Below are positions 18,397 to 27,756 of a stretch of DNA of 32,000 nucleotides, piece after piece; position 1 is the stretch's first letter, and every line of letters begins with the position of its first letter. The position numbers and the translations under genes were made by a program. The stretch is from Paramicrosporidium saccamoebae KSL3. Lineage: Eukaryota; Fungi; Cryptomycota. Location of the stretch: contig MTSL01000063.1 in the NCBI GenBank assembly GCA_002794465.1, positions 12,096 through 44,095 on the forward strand. The letters run 5' to 3'. Under the pieces are notes generated by a model. It saw only the letters and a list, made by a program, of their open reading frames with translations, was not told where the DNA came from and did not search any database.

Positions 18397-19167
18397 TTAG
18401 TAGCGACTAGAATTAAAGTATCTCTCGTAGTACTTCCTGGCTCTATCGGTGAGAAGTACACAGGGATATTTTAGGATGTGATATACGTTGATAGCGTCCG
18501 TTCTTGTGTTTAAAATGGAAAATGAATCGTTTAGCGAACGCGCAGCAAGTTTGAGATTTTGCTGTGGCGGTGACGAGTCGATCAGTAGAATCTTCTTGGC
18601 TGGAATGTTGGCGATGATCTTGGATAGACTGGATGTTTTGTGAGTGTCTATAAGGATGCTATCGTCTGCTACAAAGGAAAGCTGTCCTTGGCCAAATTTT
18701 GTTGAAAGGGCAGATCTCAATCCAAAGTTTACAATCTTCCTGGGCAGCTCATATGAATACTTTCTAGGCTTTGGACCAAAGCAGCGGGCCCCTCCACGTC
18801 TCTGATGTGCCCTGCGCGTTCCAGCACGGGCTCGCCCTGTCCCCTTTTGTTGATACATTTTGCGGGTTGTCCCTCTGACATCACTGCGATGCTTTGTAGA
18901 AGCCGTCCCGGCACGAAGCCCAGCACGATACCAATTCACAACTCGATGCATAATGTCAACCCGGACAGGAGCTTTGAAAACGGTAGGAGAGACTTTGACA
19001 ATTGTCATCGGCTCATACGTCTTGAAGTTACGAAGCCAGGCCGGAACTGGTTCAAGAAATGGGTTCCTTCGCACAACCATGGCAGGATGCATTAATACTG
19101 GTTTTGGGCAGGATACGTCAGCAACTGAGCTGAAAAGCCGCAACAGTCGACTCTCGTTGATCCGCAT
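18397..19167 (-). CDS. MRPL4: Mitochondrial ribosomal protein uL4m
   Basis: Bacterial-type L4 motifs GTASTKHRSDVRG, QKGTGRARAG, RGGARCFGPKPR and LRSALS, with an N-terminal presequence-like extension. First in-frame ATG at 19167. Confidence 0.9.
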   Translation of the reverse strand: MRINESRLLRLFSSVADVSCPKPVLMHPAMVVRRNPFLEPVPAWLRNFKTYEPMTIVKVSPTVFKAPVRVDIMHRVVNWYRAGLRAGTASTKHRSDVRGTTRKMYQQKGTGRARAGTRRAHQRRGGARCFGPKPRKYSYELPRKIVNFGLRSALSTKFGQGQLSFVADDSILIDTHKTSSLSKIIANIPAKKILLIDSSPPQQNLKLAARSLNDSFSILNTRTDAINVYHILKYPCVLLTDRARKYYERYFNSSRY

Positions 19168-19285
19168 TAAACTTTTAACCAAAATCTCGCCATTTTAAAT
19201 TTTATGCTCCGCCCAACAGTTGCTGGCCATGTTGCAGTTTCGTTTTACAGTATGACAGCTCAATGCCGATAGTTAATGCCTAGAA

Positions 19286-22237
19286 ATGCAAAAGTCTTTC
19301 TCTACAGTGCATATTGTTGGCCCGGTCGGTTTCCTTCAATATATACGCCGGATTGCTGAGGGTAGGACAGTGAAGCCTTTGAATAGAGCATTGATGCGAG
19401 CTGGCAGCAAACCGGGTCGAATGGAAGTTCTTGCACATGAACTAATCCGCCAACCAGAATTATGGCTGAAGGGTGCTGATAAACGCGACGTAGAGATGCT
19501 TGTTAGGGAATGTCTCAACGTTGTACCTGCCGGGATATATTTGCAGCTTTTAAAGACTATTCTCCATCTCAGTCACAAAAATATGAGCGATTGCGTTCGG
19601 ATTATTTTGAACGATCTAGTGATCCGCAAAGACTGGGAATTGATCAAGCCGGTTTTGATGGAATTTAGAGATGTTGGACTGGTGGTCCCCATGCGTGTTC
19701 TGAACTTGCTACTAATGCATGTGTCAAAGCTGAAAGAGACACAGCACTTTTTGGACATTTACGAATGTTTGCGCATGGCGGGATACGAGCCAAATGCTAT
19801 GACTTATAGCATCGTTGTAATATGGAATAGCATGCGCTCTTCTGTCCCATTGCCGAATTCGTCGTTTGCAGAAGGAAAAATGGAAGACCGAATAAATTCG
19901 TTGATTGGCCGCGCCGTAAATTTGGATGCAAAGGAGCTGAATGGTGTCGTGACAGACACTGGAAGTCTGAGACCCCTCAAGACGCCTGTTGAGCCACTGG
20001 CATTATCGATTGACTCGGCGAGGGACTTTAGGCAAGCATTGCCAACGATAACAACAAATCAACTCTTTGAGTTTCTGGGACGAGTCAATTCGAGTATTAT
20101 AACGGCCAGCGATCTCGGCTATTTTGTCAGCCATTTTCTCGCTAGAGCTGATATCGACGAGGCCACCTGTTCAAAACTTTGGCGTTTCGTTGAATCTCGT
20201 GAGGAATACGGCTCTTCAGTTGTTTTTGCACGGCTTCTTCCAGAATGGCAGAGGAAGCTGCTATTCAAATCTTACATTCGAGACAATAGTTGCTCCGAGA
20301 ATGTTCGCGATCTTGTCCAAAAGGAAATGTATGGTCGAGCTCACTCGATGGTTCTTGAAACTGGTGCTCGCAATTATTTACAACTGGGAAAGCCGAAAAT
20401 CTCATGCCAATTGCTTAAAGCCGCGGTTATAAACGGCTTGCTTCCAATTGAGAGCGCTCTATTCAACAGCACCATTTTGGAGCTAATCAAAAGCGGGAAT
20501 GCCCCGGAATGTATGGATTTGTTGGAGTGTCTTCTTGGTAGTGGTGTGAAGCTATCCCACGTCCCTTGGAATTCGATCATTCGCACAATCTTCGATCATG
20601 GCCGCTCTATTGAAACATTGAAAATGCTAGATCTGCTAAATGAAAATGAGACGATTCCATATACTACCAAAATATATGCAAACATGCTACTGATTGGTGA
20701 AATGGACAGATTGAAAGCTTTTATCAGCACGAAATTGCCAGCCTTGGCCAAGCAGGACAGTAATGCTCTTGGTATTGCACTCGAGAGTCTCATTAGACGC
20801 AAGCAGCTTGGCAGCGTCCCGATGCTTTTAAAGGCCGTGCTGCAGGAATCGCCGTCTTTGGCACGCCCGGACCATTATGCTCTGGCAATACAAGCTGCAG
20901 CGCTGGGCCATGATCGCTGCCATCTTGGGTATTTTAGAGACTTGCTATCGAGGCAAAGCAAAGTATTTGGGCTGATCAAGAGAAGCATCACGACTTTAGA
21001 TTACAGTGTTCTAGATTCGACATCGGAGAACCAGGCTCTTGGCCTAGCGGCTCTGTTGGTTCATTTTTTCGACACCAATTCGATCAGAAAATTTGAAAAA
21101 GCGTTCTACCGACTCTTCGGTGACTCACTCCTCCCAAGTCACGATACAGTCCGAGTCTTTCTCTCCATGAAATCTGACCACGGAGAAGGACCACTTAAGA
21201 GTCCCGATTGGGGACCACTTTTCGTTGCCTGGATGGAGAGGCGAGGACTAAAGCCCAACAATGCTATTTTTGCGAAATTTCTGCGTCTGGCTACGACTCG
21301 AAAAGATTCATCTCTGGCAGAGTACGTAATTAAGGCCATAGTATCTGGCGAGGTTGTTCTGACCGCATCAATAAGTAAGGAGCTGATGTCATATATCATG
21401 TTGAGCGGAACTGTTGCGCAGATTGTCCAAGTGTTGGAAATCCTGCGGACGAAAAACATACAGCTTAGCGCGTCCCAATATGAAAGAATCATTTTACTCG
21501 CAGTCAGCCATTCTGACCATGTCCAAGCCATGGAATGGGCAAAATCGTCCATTGAGGAAGGCAGACGGATATCCAGAAAGACTACTGCCGATTTGCTTGA
21601 TAGTATTTACCGATCCTGGCCACTGTCCTCCTTTCTTCCTATATTGGACTATTTTCATTCAAGTGGATACTTTGCGAGCAAGACATTATACGAAGAGTTT
21701 TTGAAGGAGGCCCTTAGGAAGGGCGACTTGCGAATGGTCAGATATTATTATAACATGATACTAAGATCAAACAAAGATCCCGAGGTTTGTGATGCTCTGG
21801 ACGTTTTGGCACTTGGCATCACAAGTGGACATGTCCAAAATGCGTATCAAGTATTTACGAGCTTGAGGTGGAAGAAATCATTGCCGCCTGGCTTGGAAAC
21901 CTTTGCCAAAATCCTTACTCGCTACTTGCGGCCCTGTGTTCAGAAAGACTCGAATTTTCTTCAAAGAATCCCGCCGATGAAAGAACTGCAATCTGGTGGG
22001 ATCGAAGATGTTCTTAATTTTGCCATAGCTGAGAGTGCGCTTCTCCCAGCCAAATGGTGCCAGAGTTCAATGGAGAATTGCATTGCTCTTGGAAGCTTTC
22101 ACTTGGCTAAGCAAATTCATTTATACATGACGTCCAATTTTGTTCGCCAAGATGACGCGACTAGTTCTCGTGTTGCCAAGATGTGGATCAAACAACTTGG
22201 AATCATTGCCAACAACAAAATGACTAGCCGGACGTAA
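19286..22237 (+). CDS. Pentatricopeptide-repeat-like helical protein, probably mitochondrial, 983 aa
   Basis: Long intronless ORF with PPR-like segments (LRMAGYEPNAMTYSIVV, LFNSTILELIK, PWNSIIRTI, MERRGLKPNNAIFAKFL). Divergent from MRPL4. Confidence 0.6.
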   Translation: MQKSFSTVHIVGPVGFLQYIRRIAEGRTVKPLNRALMRAGSKPGRMEVLAHELIRQPELWLKGADKRDVEMLVRECLNVVPAGIYLQLLKTILHLSHKNMSDCVRIILNDLVIRKDWELIKPVLMEFRDVGLVVPMRVLNLLLMHVSKLKETQHFLDIYECLRMAGYEPNAMTYSIVVIWNSMRSSVPLPNSSFAEGKMEDRINSLIGRAVNLDAKELNGVVTDTGSLRPLKTPVEPLALSIDSARDFRQALPTITTNQLFEFLGRVNSSIITASDLGYFVSHFLARADIDEATCSKLWRFVESREEYGSSVVFARLLPEWQRKLLFKSYIRDNSCSENVRDLVQKEMYGRAHSMVLETGARNYLQLGKPKISCQLLKAAVINGLLPIESALFNSTILELIKSGNAPECMDLLECLLGSGVKLSHVPWNSIIRTIFDHGRSIETLKMLDLLNENETIPYTTKIYANMLLIGEMDRLKAFISTKLPALAKQDSNALGIALESLIRRKQLGSVPMLLKAVLQESPSLARPDHYALAIQAAALGHDRCHLGYFRDLLSRQSKVFGLIKRSITTLDYSVLDSTSENQALGLAALLVHFFDTNSIRKFEKAFYRLFGDSLLPSHDTVRVFLSMKSDHGEGPLKSPDWGPLFVAWMERRGLKPNNAIFAKFLRLATTRKDSSLAEYVIKAIVSGEVVLTASISKELMSYIMLSGTVAQIVQVLEILRTKNIQLSASQYERIILLAVSHSDHVQAMEWAKSSIEEGRRISRKTTADLLDSIYRSWPLSSFLPILDYFHSSGYFASKTLYEEFLKEALRKGDLRMVRYYYNMILRSNKDPEVCDALDVLALGITSGHVQNAYQVFTSLRWKKSLPPGLETFAKILTRYLRPCVQKDSNFLQRIPPMKELQSGGIEDVLNFAIAESALLPAKWCQSSMENCIALGSFHLAKQIHLYMTSNFVRQDDATSSRVAKMWIKQLGIIANNKMTSRT

Positions 22238-22396
22238 AGCCGTTACACACAAAGGTCTGGTTGCAGCCCATAACTAGCTTCTGCTTCATCGCGTCCCGTC
22301 GTGGCAAGCTACTCGCAGGACGGTTAATTCACAAAGGTTCGATTGTGACCCATTTATAGCTTCTAATTTTTCGCACTTTGCCAACCTCAATACAGT

Positions 22397-23722
22397 TTAT
22401 TCAAATGGATTTAATTGTGTCTCGTCTTCTTTAGCTTCTGTTTTACTGCGCTTCTTAGAAGGAGTGCCATGAGTAGAATTGTGATCCTGCTTCACTGCCA
22501 GTCGACGCTGATCCGAAATCTCACAATCATTGACAGCATTGTTGGGTATGAATCCGCACTCTGCCAAGTTTGGAATTTCATCTAGACGAGAGTATAGGTT
22601 TTTGTTAGGAGAGTGGAGGGAAATGAGTCGTTTTGACCTTCGTACTGGAGATACAGCCGAATTGGTCTCCAGCATCTCCCGCATCTTTTTGCTGGGAGTA
22701 ATCATGGCGTAGAGATATGCCGATCCACCTTTGTCTGCCAAATTTCCATCAACCTTGCCAGTAACCGGCGCCGTCCTGTACAGGCTTGTATCTTTAATTG
22801 CCGTGAGAGCTCTTTGCAAAACGATTGGGCGTGGAGGAGTAATTTTTTGAATTTGGGGTGTGCGACGTACAACTTGATCGATTTCAGCTTGCATCCTTCT
22901 GGTTTCCTCGTCATCTTCAGGTGTCTGCAAAACATTAGGGGCTGGCAAGGTAATCTCTGGTGTGACCGGTGTATTTGGCGTGGAGGGTTCTGATAAGGAT
23001 GGCTTTTTCGGAGTAGAACTGGGACACACCTCAGGAAATAGATCATCAAGGACATCCTTAAGCAAGAAATCTGTTGCAGCATTTTTGATTTCGGACAACT
23101 CTTTCCCAGCATGCAAGCCTTTGTATAACTTCCAGAAACGACCACAAAATCGTGCATCAAAGCGCTTACATTGTCGGGGAGCTCCTAGAACCTGCAACAT
23201 AATTTTTGCCAATAAATCTAAGCCCGTGTTGATTGCTGCTTCCACTTGGCTAAACCGAAATAGCCTTAAATGAGGGCGCTGCACTCGAACAAGTCCAGAG
23301 ATGGTCTTTAAATAGACAGGTTTGCTCCAATCAATAATGATAGGACCTACTGTTGAAATGGTGCAGGTCTCGACTGGTGCAGGGTCGGACTTTGGAGTAA
23401 CTGTAGATTCTTCAACATTTAGACTATTGGCAGGGTCGACTTTGGTAATTTCTGTAGAGCCAATTTCGGGATGACTTTTTTCCACTTGGAACTCTTCAGA
23501 AGGTGTAGTAGCGGTCTGGGAGTCTTTGACGTTGACTTCGGTGGCCTGTACGGGTTGCTTCCCACTCCTAGGCAGAGGACGCTTTCCAGAGTCCCTACAG
23601 AATCAATCCTCCCGTTCCAATATTGACTTTTTGGCTTTTTTAGCTTGTAAATATTCTTCCAACATTTTGCGCCGCTCATCGGCCTTGTTTGAGACTGAAG
23701 AGCTGTTTTCTTTGCTGTCCAT
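22397..23722 (-). CDS. Basic Pro/Thr-rich protein, tentatively CKAP2/CKAP2L-like, 2 exons
   Basis: ATG 23722 and intron 23595-23627 join the long ORF in frame. N-terminal ERRKMLEEYLQAKK and C-terminal SPVRRSKRL...RLDEI...GFIPNNAV motifs. The CDS is solid but the family assignment is tentative. Confidence 0.6.
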
Positions 23723-23896
23723 TTGACGACTGGTTGATACCCGCGCAATGTAGCCAGGGTTTCCTATTTATCACTTTGATGATGGTGATCGCCCCATAGT
23801 ATCATCTTGTGATACTCTGTAGTGGTTTGTAATGTCTCTACAATTTGCGTTCAGGGATACCAAGAGTTAGCTTTATTAAATAAAAGTTTGAACTCC

Positions 23897-23965
23897 CGGG
23901 TCTCTGCCTCGGCCATCATCGGGTCTCTACCTCAGCCCCCATCGTGTCTCTACCTCGGCTCCATT
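23897..23965. repeat. Three imperfect 23-bp tandem repeats
   Basis: CGGGTCTCTGCCTCGGCCATCAT / CGGGTCTCTACCTCAGCCCCCAT / CGTGTCTCTACCTCGGCTCCATT. Confidence 0.85.
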
Positions 23966-24095
23966 ACGCTTTGACCGCGGCTCGGTAACCTTGGCTGTCC
24001 ACTAACAGCGAGAGATTCGGACGAATAATTTCATGCTGTAGATCTAAAAGTCATATAGTCCAACGTTTTGGTCTGGCCGGGGTATCGGGGCTGGG

Positions 24096-26546
24096 ATGAC
24101 GACTGAACCGACCTCTAGAGTTATCGTCAAGAATCTTCCGAAATGGGCTACGGAAGCCCAAGTCCGAAAACATTTTGCAAGCAAGGGACAAATTACAGAT
24201 ATTAAGATGATGCACACTCGTAGCGGCGTGTTCCGGCGGTTTGCATATATCGGGTTTGCGAGTGCCGATGAAGCTGCTGTGGCAGTAAAGTATTTCGATC
24301 GCACTTTTATCGATACAGCTCGTGTCTCTGTAGAGATAGCACACCGGGCTGGAAGTGACGAGCTCTCCAGGCCGTGGAGTAAGTATTCACAAGGGTCTTC
24401 CGCAAACGACGCCCATCGTTGCATAAAGGAAAAGAGAATCCAAGAAAAGAATGATAAAAAGTCTAGCGCTCTGGATCCACTAAAAGTTGAAATGGAGCGG
24501 AAGAAGAAGATCCTCAAAGCTATCTATGGAGAAGAGGAGGACTCGGAAAATAGTCAGCTTCGTGCATTTGTTAATGCCGTAAAACCTGCATCAAAAACCA
24601 AGGTCTGGGAGAACGATGGTGAAGCCTTGAGAGGGCTGGACGAGAAGCGGGAAAGGATGAAACCAAAAGCCGTGCATGTAGATGCTGTTCCCAACAGAAA
24701 GCCCGGCGGACAGGGACAAATGGTGACTAAGACTCACGTAAAATTTGGAAACGAATCAGAGGATGAAGGCCTTCCGGAAAGTGGAGGCGAAAGTGATGAT
24801 TTGTATGAAGATTTTCACGGGGAGCCTAGCACGATCCCTAAAGTCGAGTCCGAATCAGATGTTGATTCTGTCGTTGAAAAGCCCATGGATGACATTGTTG
24901 ACGAGAGCGCACCTGTTCTCCACAACGAGCCAGTTTCTGCGGATCTAATCACTGATACGGGGCGGCTCTTTGTGAGAAACCTTTCCTATTCCTGCACTGA
25001 AGAAGAGCTGAGAATTGTGTTCCAACCGTTTGGTCCACTCACTGAAGTGCATTTGTCCATTTCAAAGGAGACTAAAAAGTCGAAAGGATTTGCATATATT
25101 TTGTTCATGTTTCCAGAGCACGCTCTGCGAGCGTATACTGAGCTTGACGGGACTATTTTTCAAGGTCGTATAATGCACATTTTGCCTGCACAAGAGAAAC
25201 CTGCACCAAAGGAAGAAACTGGAAATGAAAGCTATCAAGACAAGAAAAAGCGCGAACAAAAGGCTTCTGCTCAGAAGGAATACAATTGGAACAGCTTGTT
25301 CATTAGAAGTGATACAGTACTTGATGCCATAGCTGCAAAGCTAGGAGTCTCCAAATCCTCAATTATGGACGTGACGTCAGATAATCTTGCCACTCGACTT
25401 GCAGTGGCAGAGACTAACCTGATTCATGAGACTAAAGAATACTTGGAGAATGAGGGCGTTGTTCTTGACTCTTTTAACGGAGGACACGAACGTTCCAAAG
25501 TAGTGATTCTTGTCAAAAATTTACCATTCGAAACTGAAAATTCCGACATTCGCAAACTGTTTGAAAAATTCGGCACTGTCGGAAGGGTTATCCTCCCCCC
25601 GACTAAAGCCGTGGCCATGGTCGAGTTCTTTGAGTCATCCGAAGCTCGCACCGCCTTCAGATCTCTTGCATATTCAAAGTTTAAGCATGTCCCCCTCTTC
25701 CTGGAATGGGCGCCTGTGAAGGCTCTTGGGTCGCGCATTACGAAATCTGAGGAGACTGTAGCCGCTCCAAAGACGATAGAAGACAATGATGTTGAGAATT
25801 CTGAAGAGACGCCATCATTAGCATCTGCGACAACGCTGTACATTAAGAATTTGAACTTTTCGACAACCTCGGATACTCTCAAAACTGTATTTTCCGTTAC
25901 TGGACCCATCAGGTCCGCCAGAGTTGCTACTAAAAAGGCGGGCGACAAGGTGCTCTCTCTAGGATTTGGTTTTGTTGAGTTTGAACGGAAGGAGTCTTTG
26001 AATAGAGCTTTAGATGAGCTTCAAGGGCACGTTGTCGATGGCCATGCTCTTCTTTTGAAAAAGTCCTCTTCTCGAGCAGATTCGAGCAATGATTCTAGTT
26101 CTCGTCGTCGTAGGAACACTAATGAGGCGGATGGGGAAAATGAGCAAAACACAAAGTTAGTGGTGCGAAATATTCCATTTGAGGCAGGCGAAAAGGAGGT
26201 TCGAGAACTGTTCAAAACCTTTGCCCAGCTGAAACGCGTCAGGCTGCCTCGTCGCTTTGACGGGAAGCATCGTGGATTTGGCTTTGTAGAATTCCTCACA
26301 CACCAAGAGGCTGTAAATGCAAAGTCTACCTTGGCTCACACTCATTTGTACGGCAGACACTTGGTTCTTGAATGGGCCAAGCCTGAGGTGGAGTCGGATA
26401 ATATCGAAAAGGTTGAAGAATTGCGTGAAAAGACGAGGAAGCGAATGAATATATGCGAGAAAACTGTCGCGGGCAAACGAATGCGGCTGGACAAGGCCGT
26501 TGATGTAGACGCAGAAATACCATCAGCCTCTGATGACGAAGAATAA
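24096..26546 (+). CDS. MRD1: Multiple-RRM pre-rRNA processing protein Mrd1/RBM19, intronless
   Basis: SRVIVKNLP...RRFAYIGF first RRM, TGRLFVRNLSY, WNSLF, ILVKNLPF, TLYIKNL, KLVVRNIPFEA...RGFGFVEF...HLYGRHLVLEWA. Confidence 0.95.
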   Translation: MTTEPTSRVIVKNLPKWATEAQVRKHFASKGQITDIKMMHTRSGVFRRFAYIGFASADEAAVAVKYFDRTFIDTARVSVEIAHRAGSDELSRPWSKYSQGSSANDAHRCIKEKRIQEKNDKKSSALDPLKVEMERKKKILKAIYGEEEDSENSQLRAFVNAVKPASKTKVWENDGEALRGLDEKRERMKPKAVHVDAVPNRKPGGQGQMVTKTHVKFGNESEDEGLPESGGESDDLYEDFHGEPSTIPKVESESDVDSVVEKPMDDIVDESAPVLHNEPVSADLITDTGRLFVRNLSYSCTEEELRIVFQPFGPLTEVHLSISKETKKSKGFAYILFMFPEHALRAYTELDGTIFQGRIMHILPAQEKPAPKEETGNESYQDKKKREQKASAQKEYNWNSLFIRSDTVLDAIAAKLGVSKSSIMDVTSDNLATRLAVAETNLIHETKEYLENEGVVLDSFNGGHERSKVVILVKNLPFETENSDIRKLFEKFGTVGRVILPPTKAVAMVEFFESSEARTAFRSLAYSKFKHVPLFLEWAPVKALGSRITKSEETVAAPKTIEDNDVENSEETPSLASATTLYIKNLNFSTTSDTLKTVFSVTGPIRSARVATKKAGDKVLSLGFGFVEFERKESLNRALDELQGHVVDGHALLLKKSSSRADSSNDSSSRRRRNTNEADGENEQNTKLVVRNIPFEAGEKEVRELFKTFAQLKRVRLPRRFDGKHRGFGFVEFLTHQEAVNAKSTLAHTHLYGRHLVLEWAKPEVESDNIEKVEELREKTRKRMNICEKTVAGKRMRLDKAVDVDAEIPSASDDEE

Positions 26547-26639
26547 GGGAATCGAGTAGAATAAGGTAGAACAGGATGTAATAGATCAGCTATATATGTG
26601 CACATGGAACTATGCGTTTTATTATCTGTGAATAGGACC

Positions 26640-26721
26640 AATGTGCCGCGTAGTGAATTGGTTGCCACGGAACACTGAACACGTCAAAATGTGTCGCATA
26701 GTGAACTAGTTACCATGGAAC
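26640..26721. repeat. Direct duplication of a 34-bp unit, period 48 bp
   Basis: 26640-26673 AATGTGCCGCGTAGTGAATTGGTTGCCACGGAAC versus 26688-26721 AATGTGTCGCATAGTGAACTAGTTACCATGGAAC. Confidence 0.85.
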
Positions 26722-26886
26722 GCACCGCAATGCCGCTGCTCATGCTCGAGACACTTTATTACCATTTAAATCAGACATCTATAGATTGGTGGGTCCACCA
26801 CAACACATTTTTGTAATCAGATATGCTATGTATAAGGTCCATAGCAACCGGCATACCTCACCCGCAAAGCATGCGTCTTACTCATT

Positions 26887-27129
26887 TTACACGTCTTTCT
26901 TGCGTGTTGGTACCATATCATAGTGGTCAATGACTTTGATGGTTTCTTCAAATTCTTCCAAGTCTTGCTCAAGAGAGTTGAAATTGCTTACTTTTCGACT
27001 CCTTCGGCTTCCTGATGCTTGTGACGAGACGCGATACTTTTCGGAGCGTATTTCTGTCAGTGTATAAGTGCTGCCAACTATCATGGCCAAAAAAGGCAGT
27101 CCGAATGACAAGAACGGCCTCGAGCCCAT
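26887..27129 (-). CDS. COX16: Cytochrome c oxidase assembly factor Cox16
   Basis: 80 aa with PFLSFGLPFLAMIVGS...L...R.EKY, a single transmembrane segment and a charged tail. Confidence 0.8.
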   Translation of the reverse strand: MGSRPFLSFGLPFLAMIVGSTYTLTEIRSEKYRVSSQASGSRRSRKVSNFNSLEQDLEEFEETIKVIDHYDMVPTRKKDV

Positions 27130-27193
27130 ACGCTGGGTAATTTATGATGGATAAATTGTGGTTTATAATTAGTCGCGTCTAGCTATATTGTGT

Positions 27194-27610
27194 TTAGCGG
27201 CGCTTCATGTGGTCCAAGAGGACCTCAAGGAACTCGCTCTCCTCACCATAGTCACGAACGACGACACAAGCACAGGAGACAACCTTTTGGGCATCACCGT
27301 TCTTGTCAATCTTGCAGAGACCAACCCACTCACCGAGCTGCTTGGCATCGGCAACCTTGATAAGCTGGATGCTGTGCTCGGCACAGAGGGCCTCGATGAG
27401 ACGGACATACTCCTTCTCTTCGCACGACTCGGCGAGCACGCACAGACGGCCGGCACGACGATCGAGGGTCTTGACGGCCTCACGGAGACCACGGGAGAGA
27501 CCATCGTAGCAGAGAGAGCGACGAAGGACCTCACGGAGAGCAGTCTCAACCGTGATGGTACCAGCGGCCTCGGTGGCGGCAACTTCAACAACATCTCCTG
27601 CTGCGGACAT
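27194..27610 (-). CDS. RPS12: 40S ribosomal protein eS12
   Basis: [38 protein letters not shown]...[20 protein letters not shown] at 27610. Confidence 0.96.
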   Translation of the reverse strand: MSAAGDVVEVAATEAAGTITVETALREVLRRSLCYDGLSRGLREAVKTLDRRAGRLCVLAESCEEKEYVRLIEALCAEHSIQLIKVADAKQLGEWVGLCKIDKNGDAQKVVSCACVVVRDYGEESEFLEVLLDHMKRR

Positions 27611-27627
27611 TTCCAACAGTTTCCTCG

Positions 27628-27705
27628 CTACAGGACATTAGTACCTGTGCTACTGTATAGAAATAGGATAATGCATCGATACGCAAACGATGGATGGATA
27701 CTTAC
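27628..27705 (-). other. Predicted 5' UTR intron of RPS12 (78 nt)
   Basis: GTAAGT donor at 27705, TACTAAT branch site at 27637-27643 and CTGTAG acceptor at 27628. Contains ATCCATCCATC. Confidence 0.6.
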
Positions 27706-27756
27706 ATGTTAGGTGGTGGAAAGAGGGAGAGATTACCAGGGTTGTCGGGCCTGAAA

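Noticed and set aside
23595-23627. In-frame TGA near the start of the CKAP2-like gene as a second selenocysteine
   Set aside because: It lies inside a clean 33-nt GT-AG intron with a branch-like TTGAT. There is no redox motif, and I found no SECIS-like hairpin after the stop at 22397.
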